A stretch of 64,000 nt of DNA, taken from Lytechinus pictus. Lineage: Eukaryota. The first letter of the stretch is position 1. Each line of letters begins with the position of its first letter. A model generated the notes under the pieces. That model did not search any database. It had not been told where the DNA came from and saw only the letters and a list, made by a program, of their open reading frames with translations. A program made the translations under genes and the position numbers. Of this stretch, positions 24,455 through 37,378 are shown piece after piece. The stretch covers positions 46,254,001-46,318,000 of the forward strand of contig NC_087251.1 in assembly GCF_037042905.1 (NCBI RefSeq). The letters are read 5' to 3'.

Positions 24455-24652
24455 CACAGTAGGAAAAATAGTACGTTGTTTAAGCCTGTTACTAAAAAAA
24501 AAAGTTGTTTAGACATTTTTGTAATTGTTTTTTGACTTTTTAAACAACTTGTTTAAAAAGTTTAAACAGTTGTTTAAAAAGTTTAAACAATAGTTGTTAA
24601 AGTGACGGGCTTAAACAACGTGCTTGAAATTTTAAACAGCGGTTTTACATTG
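24455..24652. mobile_element. CAC..GTG-type MITE with TA flanks and internal TTTAAAC repeats
   Basis: Inverted, diverged copy of the element at 37137-37378. Shares ACGTTGTTTAAGCC subterminal inverted repeats. Confidence 0.6.
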
Positions 24653-25311
24653 TATATATAGTTCATAGTTATCTGAAAAGGATAACATCGATGTACAGAA
24701 AAGAATAAATATATCGTGTGGATATTAGGTAACATTATATATAAAAAAGAGAGTAAACAATATACTGACGTTCCTTATTTTTCTTTTTATCAGAGAATAA
24801 ATAAACTTTACATATCAACGTATAAGTGATTTAATTTGATTTAATATCCTGTTCAAGGCAATTGAAAAATCAAAGAGCTTTCACAATTAAATTAAATCGA
24901 ATTCAGATGTAAGGATAAGAAAGCTATAATTTTTTAAGTTCCACTTATTTATGCAGTTATATGCTCATTATATGCAATATGCAATTGAAGGAACAGATGT
25001 CTCGCGACATTTCTTTCATATTTTATTATAGGAAATATACTCTCTAAGTTCTTTCTTCATTTCTCATGGCAAAAAAAGATATGTTATTACAATTTTCTTT
25101 TCATTGATTAGTGCAGATTCTCTTTACCATCAAATCTATAAAAACTATAATAATCCAAATATCTTTTTACAGACCCCCCCCCCCAAAAAAAAAAAATGTG
25201 TGAAATCATCGGGTCCTTAACAAGGCTGTGAAAATAATGTAACTGTTTATTGAAAATAAGTAAAACTTTTAGATTTCAGAAATTTACATCCGTTTTTGAT
25301 TAAATTTTCAG

Positions 25312-25510
25312 TAATAATAATAATAATGTGACTTATAAAGCGCCAAATCTACTCTGTAAAGAGCAAAGAGTTAAATAAAAAAGTTTTGAGAAGATTTTTG
25401 AAAGTTTCGACAGAGGTAAATTCTTTATGTCTTCAGGAAGGCTATTCCACAAAGTCGGGCATGCAAAAGCAAATGATCTTTTCCCCCCAAGTTTTTGAAA
25501 CTTTTGGAAT
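25312..25510 (-). mobile_element. Degenerate 3' fragment of an L2/CR1-type LINE
   Basis: The - strand translates GKRSFAFACPTLWNSLPEDIK, typical of the L2-type ORF2 C-terminus, followed by an (ATT)n tail. Confidence 0.55.
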
Positions 25511-27608
25511 AACAAGGAAGCCAGAAGTGGATGAGCGCAAAGACCTGCTTGGTCTGTAATAATTGATAAATGAAAGACTGTATTGTGGTGCTGATCCAAG
25601 AATACTATTAAAAGCAACTATGCTTGTCTTATATTAATCTATATTTATTTCAACACATCTCAGGGGCGGCGCTATGGGAGACAAGGGTGATCGCCTCCTG
25701 TGATTTTTCAAGTAGCGGAGAAAAAAAACAGGATATAAAAATAAGAACATGAGGGAAAAGTCAAATTGCTGTTGATTTGGCTGTACTTGATATTTGATCT
25801 AACATTAATAATGAATTCAACCAAACCATGTGCATTAAGATGTAATATGTTTGTGCATTAATCGGTGATCACGGTGATTAAATATTTGACGATTTTGACT
25901 AAAGGTTAAAAGGGAAATAAAATGAACTGAAGTGTCACATTCAAGGAGACGAGAGGTAGGAAATAAACGACATTTTTTTTTTTTTTACATACAATGCATT
26001 CCAAACAGGTAAAAAAAGTTTTCTGCAGGGTTTTGTCGTGCAGAAAAAAATTTATACCATGATAATTACAAAAAAATATTCAAGAGGTTGGTAATTGTAA
26101 GAGTATGAATCAAATAGCACGAAAATAGCAAATTTCTAAATCGTATTTTATACTTTTTTACCAGTGACGTACAGTAAAGGGACAAGGGGCGCTCGTCCCC
26201 TAAAAAAAATATCATGACCAAAAAAGAGAGAAAAGGATAAAATATGATATTTTCTGAATAAATCTATCACAAAATTGGATTGTCGTATTCAAATTTTTGC
26301 TCGCTTGCTTCGCTCCCTCGTGACTTAATACATTTTGCCCGATGCGCCATATCTCGCCCCTTCAAATTGATCGTAGTTTTTTACATATTTCTATTGTTCA
26401 TGCAGTTTTCTTTGGTCAAATGTATGTTGATATCGCATTGTTACACTTAATGCCCCCTTACGTGGTAATTTGAATATTGTTGGGGCTATAACCCGACTGC
26501 GTTAATTGATTCCAAAAATCGATATTCCCGCCCATTTAAAGACTTCCTTTCGTAAAATGCTCAGCAAATTTGTCCATGTAGGTTTTACAAAGTTAGATTA
26601 GTTCCCTAGATTTGTATTGTCATTGTATTTGTTTCTTTTAAAAATAGAATTAGAACTTAACCAAACAACAATAATTTCCAACCAAATTGTCTGAGCCCCC
26701 CCCCCCCCATTCGGACATCCTGGATCCGTCCCTGTCAATCAACAATAAAGACATGTGTTTATAAGTATTAGTAATGTTATTAATGTAATCATTTTAAGTA
26801 CACATAGTTTAACATCTTGCTTTTTTTTTTATTTTTTATTTTTTTTTGGGGGGGGGGGGCAGTTTTTGCTGATGCTCCCTCGTATTTCAAGAAGAAACTA
26901 TGTGATAAAAACGGAGAAATCTAAAACTGCACTGGCAGATAAAGACAAACCGAAGCAGATGCTGTAATCATGTCCTCCTTGTTAATATTCCAGAATGGTA
27001 TGTAAGTAATAATAGCACATTTTTAATGACCAGCACCCCACCCCCACCATTCAATTCCGATAATGAAGTCTGATGTTTAAGGTCAACGTCATTGCGACTA
27101 TAATCTTCCCCGATGTTTATTCCGGGGACGAATCAATAAATTTCTCTCACGAGTACTCCCTATCCTCACCAACATTTATTCAAATCGAATAAAAACCACT
27201 TAAGACTCTGCAGAACACTCGTGACGTCATCTCTTCGTATCGATCAAATTGCTCCCAAACGGCGAGGCTCTTTTATGTCGATTGTGATGAAGGGGAAATC
27301 GCCAAACTCCATTCACCCCATTGGCGCTCCCTGCTTTCACCTACCGACACACACACACACACTCTCTCTCTCTCTCACACACACTCGCATCCCCACCCAC
27401 GTTAAGTAAGGACATCCACGAGTTACTTCGGAAAGCGCCACGGTACAGTGTGAGAGGTATATGCGAGTGTGTGTGTGTATGTTTAGAGGCATTGAGCAAG
27501 ATGCTGTGTGGCGTACATCCGATTAAATAGTGGTTCATCGGGTGCGGCAGGCAGTGACTAGACTTCAAGACCTAGCAGATGCTCACTCAAAGATTAAAAA
27601 AAAATAAG

Positions 27609-30600
27609 ATGGCTACTCCTTCTATTGTTGACTTCAAAATGTGTCTTAACATTCTATTGACATTATGCATATTTGGTAAGTCATGTGAATTGATGATAAT
27701 TATGAATGTTTGAAGTATGATGATGCCTTGTCTGTCTTAAACGTAAACTGACATTAGCGTTCATCAAACCATACGGCGACCAATGGAATGCTATAGCGAT
27801 GGGTTGGTTAGGACTAGGATGAATGATAAAACATACCTAACATGCCTAATGTATTAAGGGTGTGTAATTTAATGCATGAAATTGCGCGAAACTATTTCAC
27901 GTATACAACATGTACCTAGTAAAAAATATATACATTGAGTAAATATTTGTACCACCTGTTTGTAAACACATGACTTTGTTTACAACTATTATCTGAACGA
28001 CCAGTTGTACAACTAAACAACTTCTTCCATTATAACAGCTGGTTCCCTAAATATTTTATGAGCTTTAATGTTCTTTTTTTCTTGAATGTTTCAATTTTTC
28101 TCTATTGTAAGCAGTTTGACCATCTGTCTAACCGTGTCCTTATGCACGCAGGCTAATGTGTAAATCAAGTGTATTTGTGAAGTGAGGTCAACTATAACAA
28201 CCACCGCTCTTCTTTCTTAAACCTGTCTAAAGCTTTGATATGGTTCAAACGATTATATCCGTAAATTTTTATCTCATTTCATAAAAAAATGATTTTAGTG
28301 TTTGAATGTGCAGTTAACTTTTTTATCTTCATTTCATCTCCCAACTCTCTCCTTCTCATCCCACCTCCCTCACTATCTATTAGCATATTGATACTATTAA
28401 TAAACTCACCATGATGAAAATGACCGTTAAGCTTATATACAGTGGTGCACCTGTATAACGTTCAACCACACCAGGCCAAAAGCTAAGAGAACCTTCAGAA
28501 GGTTACATGTTTTTTTACCTGTCTGGTTTTGGAGCACCTTTAAAGGACAAGTCCACCCCAACAAAAAGCTGATTTGAATAGAAAGAGAAAATTAAAACAA
28601 GCATAACACTGAAAATTTCATCAAAATCGGATGTAAAATAAGGAAGTTATAATATTTTAAAGTTTCACATAATTTCACAAAACAGTTATATGCACATCCT
28701 GTTCGGTATGCAAATGAGGGGACGGATGACATCACCGACTCACTATTTATTTTGTTTTTTATTAAATGAAATATGGAATATTTTGATTTTCTCGTCATTG
28801 TCATGTGAAACGAAGTTTCATTCCTCTCTGAACACGTGGAATTCCATTATTTTAACATTTTGTGATTCAGGCAAGGAGGTCCTAATTGTCAAATTTGTAA
28901 AAATTGAAATATTGTATAATTCAAACAATAAAAACAAAAGAAATAGTGAGTGAGCTACATCATCGACTCTCTCATTTGCATATCACTGAGTTGAGCATAG
29001 AACAATTTTTTGAATAAAATAAGCGAAACTTTCAAATGTCATAATTTTCTTATTTTACATCCGAATTTGATGAAGTTTTCAGCGTAATTCATGTTTGATT
29101 TTTCTATATTAATTTAAATCAACTGTTTTCTGGGGTGGACTTGACCTTTAAGAACGGAGAGATGCAAAACGTGCACCTGTTAAATGTGCTCCAGTGTGGC
29201 TTTGGGTCAGGTGCGAATTAAAAATCGACATTTATTATAAAATGTTTAAACATAACACAAACAGTTCCTCTGAGTCCAATTGGTGGAGAATCTTATTAAA
29301 CAGTTTGAGCAAAAAAGAATGCTTACTTATTGAATATATTCTTTGTAAGAAAATGGAATTGATCGAACTAGTCATGCATGAGTGAATGCCATGATGGTCT
29401 TATTTTCTATCCGATTTCGAAAAAAAATATCAGTTTCATTCTCGTTCAGTTCTGTTGAACTCAACTTTTTGTTGGAACGACTTCACCTTTGAATGTTAAC
29501 AAAAGTTTTAAAATATGTGGCCTGTACAAAAATCAAATTATATTGAATTAGAAGTGATTATTCATCATACTTTGAAATATTGATCAGGTTAATGCGCGAT
29601 TCACCATACTATCCATTTTAAAGATATTACCAGAGATTGAAAAACTACTTGCATACGGATTGTAAAGATATTAAAAACTATCATGTGAAGAAAAACTTTC
29701 AGGATACGTCCTTTGCTCATACAAAACCAAAATGAACTGCTTTTCGACTAATATCTTTGGTTATGCTACTAAGATTGGGGATAAGCAAACATTTTGAGAG
29801 GTTTTTAAAATACCTGTATGGTAAAGGTGAAAGTGAATTGTAAATAGACTTCATAGCAAGCCTTGAAAGCCTCATGGCGGCGCCAGGACTTTAAAGTGAG
29901 GGGGGCAGTGGAAGGAAAGAGAAAATTCAGCGGGGGGGGGGGGGTCAAGGACAAAGAAAACATTTCGAAACCAAAAAATAATGAAGAATGACAGATGGTA
30001 TTTTAGAATAGTTGTGATGCTCGTTATAGCATATTCCTACTATTTACAAATCACTCTACAGTTTTGTTTTATTTATTCTGGGGGGACCTAGGAGCGGGGG
30101 GGGGGGGGGGGGGGCTTAGTGCCTCAACTCTATAGGGTGAAACGCCATTGAATCCGATTTTTATTCATTTACTATAAAGCAGTTTCAGTAAGCAGTCAGC
30201 CGTCATCCACACAGGATGAACCGACTGATCTAGAGGGGGACTTCGTATCTCCGTTTGAGGATAAAGATCTGGATCAACAATCACCAGGAGAAACTTCAAA
30301 TACAAAGGTAACTGTGATTCTCTGTTGATAAAGTATGATGATTATTTATTAAGATATGTTTCTTTTGAAAGGGGAAAATTTGGATTTATGTCTTGTTTTA
30401 TGATGGAAATTAAACCTGACCTTGAACCTGTATGATTGCGATGGTGCATGGTGGTAAAATAATAATCATATTAGAGTATTAGTAGCAGCACTGATAATGA
30501 TGATGATGATAATAATAACATTGATATTAAAAGTAGTAATAGTAATGATAATAACGACAGTAATTATCTGCACCTATACCTCTTATAAGCAGGAATGACG

Positions 30601-33600
30601 ATGATGAATCTGATGATTATGACGACGATGATAATGATAATAATGGTGCCGAATACTGTTTCATCAAATCATAACCACAACCCCATTCTTTTCACGTTTT
30701 TGTTTTCATTTCGTCAACTTTTAGGCGCCAACACTTCCTGCAGAAAGAACAACACAGACAGCACAAGAGAAGACAACCTCTTCCCCAGATGATGTTGCCA
30801 ATTTCATTATCCGTGACGATAATGGTAAAGCTTGTATCCGTGCCTGTTTCTCTGCAGTTCTTAACGTATTTTACACAAACCAACAGGTAAAAAAATCATT
30901 TATTTTGGAATAGATATATTTTCGTGGGATTTTGACATAAAATGTTAGTTTATCCATTTTTATTTCATTATTTCACTTTTTTTTTTTTTGGTAAGTTAGT
31001 TTTCGTAATAGGTATTAAGGTTCATATGATTCCAATCATAAACTAAAGCTCGGTCATTTTTCGTCAATGTATAATTTTCGGAAAAAGGTAAATTACAGAT
31101 ATGCCCAATAAGAACTTAAATCATATGAAACATGGCAAAAATTCTATACGTTTTTAATATCTTCTTGCACGCTAAAATAATTCTAGGGGATAATAATGAC
31201 AATTGTATCTGTGATATTTTCTTTGAATCTAGATTTCCATATTTCATTTTTAATATAGATAATTATTGGATATAGGTTTTACTCAAAAACCTAACCGTTT
31301 TATTAACTTATCCTGTATAAAGGTAAGGGAGAAAATTGATAAATCTATTTGTACGAATTTATCAAATTGGAACATTAGCGTACCCTGTAAGGGTAAAGAT
31401 GTATGACGATCATCATCAAGTTAATGATTGTCATTATATTTTTCAACTTTTAGGCTTATCGTTATGAAATTGTATTAGCTTCATATCAATTAAAGTCTGT
31501 GATGAAATGTAGTAAAAAAAATTCCTTTCATACTACAGAGTGAAAGCGCTGAGGTAAAAGTTCCCCTCCCAACGAAGGCTGCTGCCAGAGGAACATGTGG
31601 TACCTTGACAGACCCAGCATCTCTCTCAATCCAATGGAATGAAGGAAAATACAACCTCAAATTTCTGTTTGAAAATGTAAGTGAAACATGAGGGGGACCA
31701 GAGTTATCCAAAGTATGCACCCATGAGGGGAAAATATAACGGTTACAACTGTATCACTGGTTGAATTCCAACCGAATTTCCAATTTCAAGAGCTTCCAGT
31801 TGAATTCCAATTTGTACCTCTGGAAAGTGAAACATCGATTTAATGGCCTAACTGGTCATACTGGTCCAGTTGAAATAACTTGTCAAGTTAATACTGGTCC
31901 TGAATTAACGTGGAGAAGGTTTACGGTTCACCATGTGTAATTATGAAGAAGGGAAGGAAATACGGGCAGAAAGATTGAAATAGAAAGACGAGATAGAATG
32001 AACAGAGAAAATTAGAAGTATTCTTTTCTAGAAAGTGAGTGAAGTCCTGAAAAGGACTGTAAACCAGATGAGATGAGCATGAGCTGAATATGGCTTGAGT
32101 AGCGATGGTTTGAGTAACCTCTCTACACTTCAACCTGCTACTACTCAAACCATCGCTACTCAAGCCATATTCAGCTCATCTCATCTGGTTTACAGTCCTT
32201 TTCAGGACTTCACTCACTTTCAAGAAAAGAATACTTCTAATTTTCTCTTTTCATTCTATCTCGTCTTTCCATTTCAATCTTTCTGCCTGTATTTCCTTCC
32301 CTTCTTCATATTACACATGGTGAACCGTAAACCTTCTCCACGTGACAAACTCCACCATGCAAACCTACAAAGATAATCTGGTCCTGAATTGTAACTGGAA
32401 TTTGTTACTTGTCTCACTGACCATATCAATGACTGGAAAATCTAACACTACTCGTCATCTTACGGGCCTTTCAGTTTGTTAAGTAATGTTATTAATTTGC
32501 AAGTGCCAACACGCATCTTCGCGTTTCTATTTTTTGTATAACATAACTCAAACATGCACAATTAGAAACTTTCTCCTTCAAAACAGAATTTCCTGCAGCA
32601 GAGTCTCGAGAACACATGTAATCTTGCTGCACTATGTGTATAATCTCAGATGCATTGTGTGAAATTGCAGGAAATTGATATGTATTTTACTGAAAATGCA
32701 AATGTGAAAATAAAAAAAAAATACTTAAAATCAATTTTTCCATATGAGTGAACAGAATCTTCCATCCTCTTTACAAGTGCCTTCCATCTTGTTTTCAGAA
32801 GCTCCGTTAGTACATGGCTTCCATTATGGCGGAGCTTCATATTGCGCTGATTCCATTTTAGTCTGAAAATCCCTGGACATTATATGCACTGCATATTCAT
32901 GTATCTCTGTAATGATATAAGAATACCATTAAGGGCTGAATGTGAGTTTCATACAGATTGCATTTTATATTGTAAATACAATTTGGCTTTCAACCGAGTA
33001 AATTGCATTTCCCCCTTATCTTTTTTTTAATTCCCGGTTTCCATTAATCCATTAATTTGTATCTAATTTATATTACTTTTATTACTTTTGTATTATGATT
33101 GAGGTGAAATGAAATAAAGAATTGAATTGATTTCAGCAGTATTAACGAATCTTCAATAATTATGATGCTCGCTTTTCCACAGAAAACAGAAAATGGCGCA
33201 GAAAGCTGGAATGCGAGGAGCCTTACTTTTTCATACGATACGACCGATGACACGTATTTTGAGGATGCTGCAGAAGGTATATAATTATATTCAAATGGTT
33301 TGAATTGTATTATAAACATAGTGATTGAATATGGGGTAGATAGAAGAAAGAGGCAGAGGCAGAAAATAAAATCATTTCATAGATTTGTTATGGGTGTACT
33401 GAGAGGTAATATTCCTTCATTCCAAGTTTGGTTTGCTGTCATGTTTTTTTTTTTCTTTACAGACAATGATATATTGTGGAAAACCACAAAGCCTACACGC
33501 AAAAGTTTGCTGGTTTAGGCAGCCCTGTGGATCTAATTCCAATCTTCTAATTTTTTTGTAGGTGTTTTTACTGACTTCCTTGATAGCTTATTATAGTTTT

Positions 33601-34938
33601 AAAGCAGATACGAACCATCATCCTTATATCAATATCACTACCTCAAAACTTCAAGTACTCAAATTTGGCCAGATTCTTTACCCATGATGCATCATTCTGA
33701 GCAGTGTAGTCTTTCAATAATAGGCCCGCTTAAAATATAACATGCTAATTCACTTGAAAATACATTCTTAGTGCACTAATTATGTTAGCAAGTATAGGCA
33801 GAACAAGTACTTTCTTCCAAAAACAAACAATTTGGTCTGTATATATATATACAAATAAAATTATATTAAATCAAGTTATTCTCTGTATTATGAATAGTTA
33901 TCTCAAAAGGGATATTTCCAAGACTAGCTACTACACCACACTGTGGTATAGAAAATTATAAAAATAAAATCAATCTTTGCAGCTGGGATGAAAAGCGTAC
34001 GCAGCCAAGTCGATGATGATGACCTCTTTAAGACGTCAGCTGAGAAATCAAGAAAGTGTGAAATGGAGGATGAGATCGAGCTGGTGGGGGGAGCCAGCAA
34101 CAGTACGGACAAGGCAATATTAGAACTAAGTCAGCTTCAGATACAACCATATCATCTTTTAAATGATTCTTTTAGTAAAGGTACGTCCAGTAAAGAGGCG
34201 TCATGCCCACTCCTAACATAACATTCACTGTGTTCTTTTATTAATTTTATAATTTAAAGGTAGAAGATGGACAAATGAAGTGGAATACGATCCAATGCAA
34301 TCTTTAGTGTTAATTCCAATAAAATAAGAGTTAAATGCATTCGCAAATATAATTTTATGTATCGGATACCATGTAATTGTCAGAATTTATAGATGAAACT
34401 GACGAATCTTTCGAAGGTATAATAACATTTTCTACAATTTGTGATATTAACGTTATTCTTTATTTCATCTTATTTTTACTGTTGGAAAAATTTACTTCAT
34501 TTCTAAGCTGCTTCAGTTCATTTTCAAAGTCTTTACACACAACATCTATAGATGAATGATTTTCTTCTTTCTTATTTTCAAAACTTTACGATGAACGCTG
34601 TCTCTTTTCCTCGTCAATTTTCTATCTTCTTTATGAAACACAACAGAGATCATGCTTTGTGAAAGATACGAGTAAGGGAATATTATTTGGATCTAATCAA
34701 TGCAAAGGTTTTTATTATGTTTGTGTTTACACTGGCTCATTGTTAATTTTGTGTGTTGTTCTCTTTCTTTCTAGCACAACTATGTCAAAACGATAAAGAG
34801 GCTGAGGGAACCAACATCGCATCGATAGCCGTGGGCGCCACTTTGGCGCTTGTCATTCTCGTAGTCATCGCTGGCTATGCAATAGGACGTAGGATGGGCG
34901 CCATCACCGACAGAACCTCGTACAGTTCCATGGAGTAA
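27609..34938 (+). CDS. LAMP5: Lysosome-associated membrane glycoprotein family protein, single LAMP domain, LAMP5/BAD-LAMP-like, 316 aa
   Basis: Hand-spliced exons 27609-27675, 30180-30307 (NAGNAG alternative start 30183), 30725-30886, 31539-31676, 33183-33276, 33983-34180, 34775-34938. Phases 1,0,0,0,1,1; total 951 nt. Signal peptide, S/T/E-rich stalk, LAMP domain (NGKACIRACFSA, ARGTCG, SIQW, SW..RSLTFSYDT, SRKC, LQIQPY, QLCQND), TM IAVGATLALVILVVIAGYAI, tail GRR...DRTSYSSME. The symbol is by resemblance; orthology is untested. Confidence 0.88.
28544..29147. mobile_element. Kolobok-like MITE (604 bp) in LAMP intron 1
   Basis: TIR AGGACAAGTCCACCCCA / TGGGGTGGACTTGACCT (16/17 match). TTAA on both sides (28540-28543, 29148-29151). 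Long imperfect subterminal inverted repeats. Confidence 0.8.
31907..32377. mobile_element. Palindromic insertion with 13-bp TSD (probable inverted retroelement fragment)
   Basis: Near-perfect ~210-bp inverted arms spanning 31908-32343 with a ~25-bp spacer. Direct repeat CTGGTCCTGAATT at 31894-31906 and 32378-32390. Confidence 0.8.
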
Positions 34939-35825
34939 TCCCCTTCACGTCTTCTCATTTAAAGTTAATCTAGGTAATAGCTGTGAAAGAACTATCATAG
35001 ATAGAGCTGCTCAACCCCGTCCCCCGATTAGTCCTCGGTCGCTCCCCATTTCTTTTGATCACTTTATAAGCTACAGTTCCACACACACGATTTTTGGTGG
35101 AACAGCATTATGGAAATGAAAATGTTAATTGAAAACGGCAGTGCCTGTAAACACTATTTTTTCCCCTATCATTCACGTCATAAACAAATCCAATCTCTCT
35201 AAATGTATATGTTAGATTCATGTGACAATTTCCCGCCTACGTTTTTTTTTATTTTATTCTATTTTATTCACAATTGATGAACAAATCATGAGCAAATCCA
35301 CGCTTGTATTTTTAGTGAATCATGCGTCAGAAACAGCTCTATCATTGTAGGCCCCTATGTTACCCCTCTCCCCACTATCCAAAGGCACGGTTAGACATTA
35401 AAAGTTGCTAAACTGGGGGGGGGGGGCACTTTCGCTGTAAATTTGAGAAGAAAAAAAGCTTGAAATCACCAAGACATTAACACAATATTCACTTTACATG
35501 TTCGATATCAAATGAAAAATAAAGAACGTCACGCAAAAAGATGAAAAAAAAAACCATCCACTTTGCCCATCCTTTTGGCACATATGAGAATTCTTTGCAT
35601 TTCTGGGAGAATGAAAACACGTATGTATTCTTGACTTTACGCTCTTTCGGAATTAATGTCAATTTGGCGATGTTTAAAGCTTCAATTAAGTGGCGATTCA
35701 TGAAGCTGTTTGTAACTTGCACAAAACAACCGATGGCCTGTTTTCACATTATCTTTCAGTTGAAGTTAAAGTCCGGTCGGGAGTCCGGCCTTTCTATATA
35801 CATTACTTTGCCAACAAGCATTTAA

Positions 35826-36307
35826 AGCGGAAGTTCACCCTGGCGAAAAGTCTGTTGTAAAAATAGCAGGAAAATAATTAAAAAAAACGTTGGTGAAGGT
35901 TTGAGGAAAATCCGTTCAAGATTAAGAAAGTTATCAGAATTTTAATTTTATTTGTGACGTCATAAACTAGCAGCTGCCCCAAATGTTATGTAATATAAAA
36001 TGCATAAATTTCATTTTAAATGGTTCATGACCACTTATTATTCATTTTCCTTCTTAGGAGCGGATGTGAAATGATTTGTGTATTGATCAAAAACCTTTTT
36101 CAAATTTTCCGAGAAATGAAGTTTCATTGATTTTTTGCCATACGATATGTAGAAAAGCTGCTCGCATATGACGTCACAAATGAAATGATAACAATTCTAA
36201 TAGCTTTTTATTCTTTGTTAGATTTCAGTCAAATATTTGCCATAATTTTTAGTAATTCGTTTCTGCTAAATTTTACAATAAATCTTTTGTTATGGTGAAC
36301 TTCCCCT
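35826..36307. mobile_element. Kolobok-like MITE (482 bp)
   Basis: TIR AGCGGAAGTTCACC / GGTGAACTTCCCCT. TTAA at 35822-35825 and 36308-36311. Subterminal inverted TTTGTGACGTCAT...ATGACGTCACAAA. Confidence 0.75.
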
Positions 36308-36717
36308 TTAAGTGTAAAGTGTTTGCTATTGAGAAAGTTTTATCAGGCTTTTAGGAATTCGCTTCCATTGTGTTAAAAAGAGACAAATTTCGAGTATCTC
36401 ATTTCGCATAATATAGGTACCAGTCGTGCACAAGGCCGCATAAGAAAAGTCGAGCGTTACTTACAACAGATTAATAAAACACCCCTGGACATTTCATTTC
36501 AAGTCCTGAATACTTTGTGAAAAAGTTCGTGACGTGAGTTAGAGACTTAGGAGGACCAAAGATAAGAAAAATATTAGGTATTGCTTGCTTCTTTAATGTC
36601 AGGGTTTGTCTGCATTTGCCACAGAACAATCATGGATCGTTGACATTTCGTCATTCCAATGTGATAATTTCAATATATCTTCGTATCTGTAGTTCTCATC
36701 GTTTTATATGTTTGCTC

Positions 36718-36938
36718 TGATTTCTTCTACAATTCAGCGATTTATCAATCACTTTGATTTCTTCAACAATTCAGCGATTTATCAATCAATTTGATTTCTT
36801 CTACTATTCAGCGATTTATCAATCACTTTGATTTCTTCAACAATTCAGCGATTTATCAATCAATTTGATTTCTTCTACATTTCAGCGATTTATCAATCAA
36901 TTCGATTTCTTCTACAATTCAGCGATTTATCAATCACT
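36718..36938. repeat. 37-bp minisatellite, 6 copies
   Basis: Unit TGATTTCTTCWACAATTCAGCGATTTATCAATCAMTT at 36718, 36755, 36792, 36829, 36866, 36903; head-to-tail with no spacers. Confidence 0.95.
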
Positions 36939-37136
36939 GTTCAGTTTCAAGTTTTGACATTAGTGTGTATACTGGTATACTTTAAATACGTGAGAATGTG
37001 TGTATAAGGGAAACTAAAGCTCATGGAATTACTTTCCAAGCGATATATGGTATTGGCAGCTATGCTGTATATAGCCGGCGTAGTATTATGAAGTGCTTAT
37101 AAACATTTTTCAGTCAACGCTATATAAGTAAATGTA

Positions 37137-37378
37137 CACTGTAAAAACGCTGTTTAAAATTTAAGCACGTTGTTTAAGCCTGTCACTCTAACAACTACTG
37201 TTTAAACTTTTTAAACAGCTGTTTAAACTTTTTAAACAGCTGTTTAAACTTTCTAAACAACTGTTTAAACTTTTTAAACAAGTTGTTTAAAAAGTTTAAA
37301 CAATTACAAAAAAAAGTTTAAACAACCTGTTGTTAGAGTGACAGGCTTAAACAACGTGCTATTTTTTTTTTTACTGTG
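37137..37378. mobile_element. CAC..GTG-type MITE with TA flanks (EnSpm/CACTA-like)
   Basis: TA|CACTGTAAAAA ... TTTTTACTGTG|TA. Internal inverted GCACGTTGTTTAAGCCTGTCACTCTAACAAC and 21-bp tandem CTGTTTAAACTTTTTAAACAG units. Confidence 0.75.

Noticed and set aside
28208..28255. FLNLSKA-like RT remnant
   Set aside because: Too short and frameshifted to annotate with confidence.
31921..32376. Twin ORFs starting MSSDGLS on opposite strands
   Set aside because: An artefact of the palindrome.
36718..36938. 37-bp repeats of CRISPR-like length
   Set aside because: Head-to-tail units with no unique spacers, no cas genes, and a eukaryotic context.
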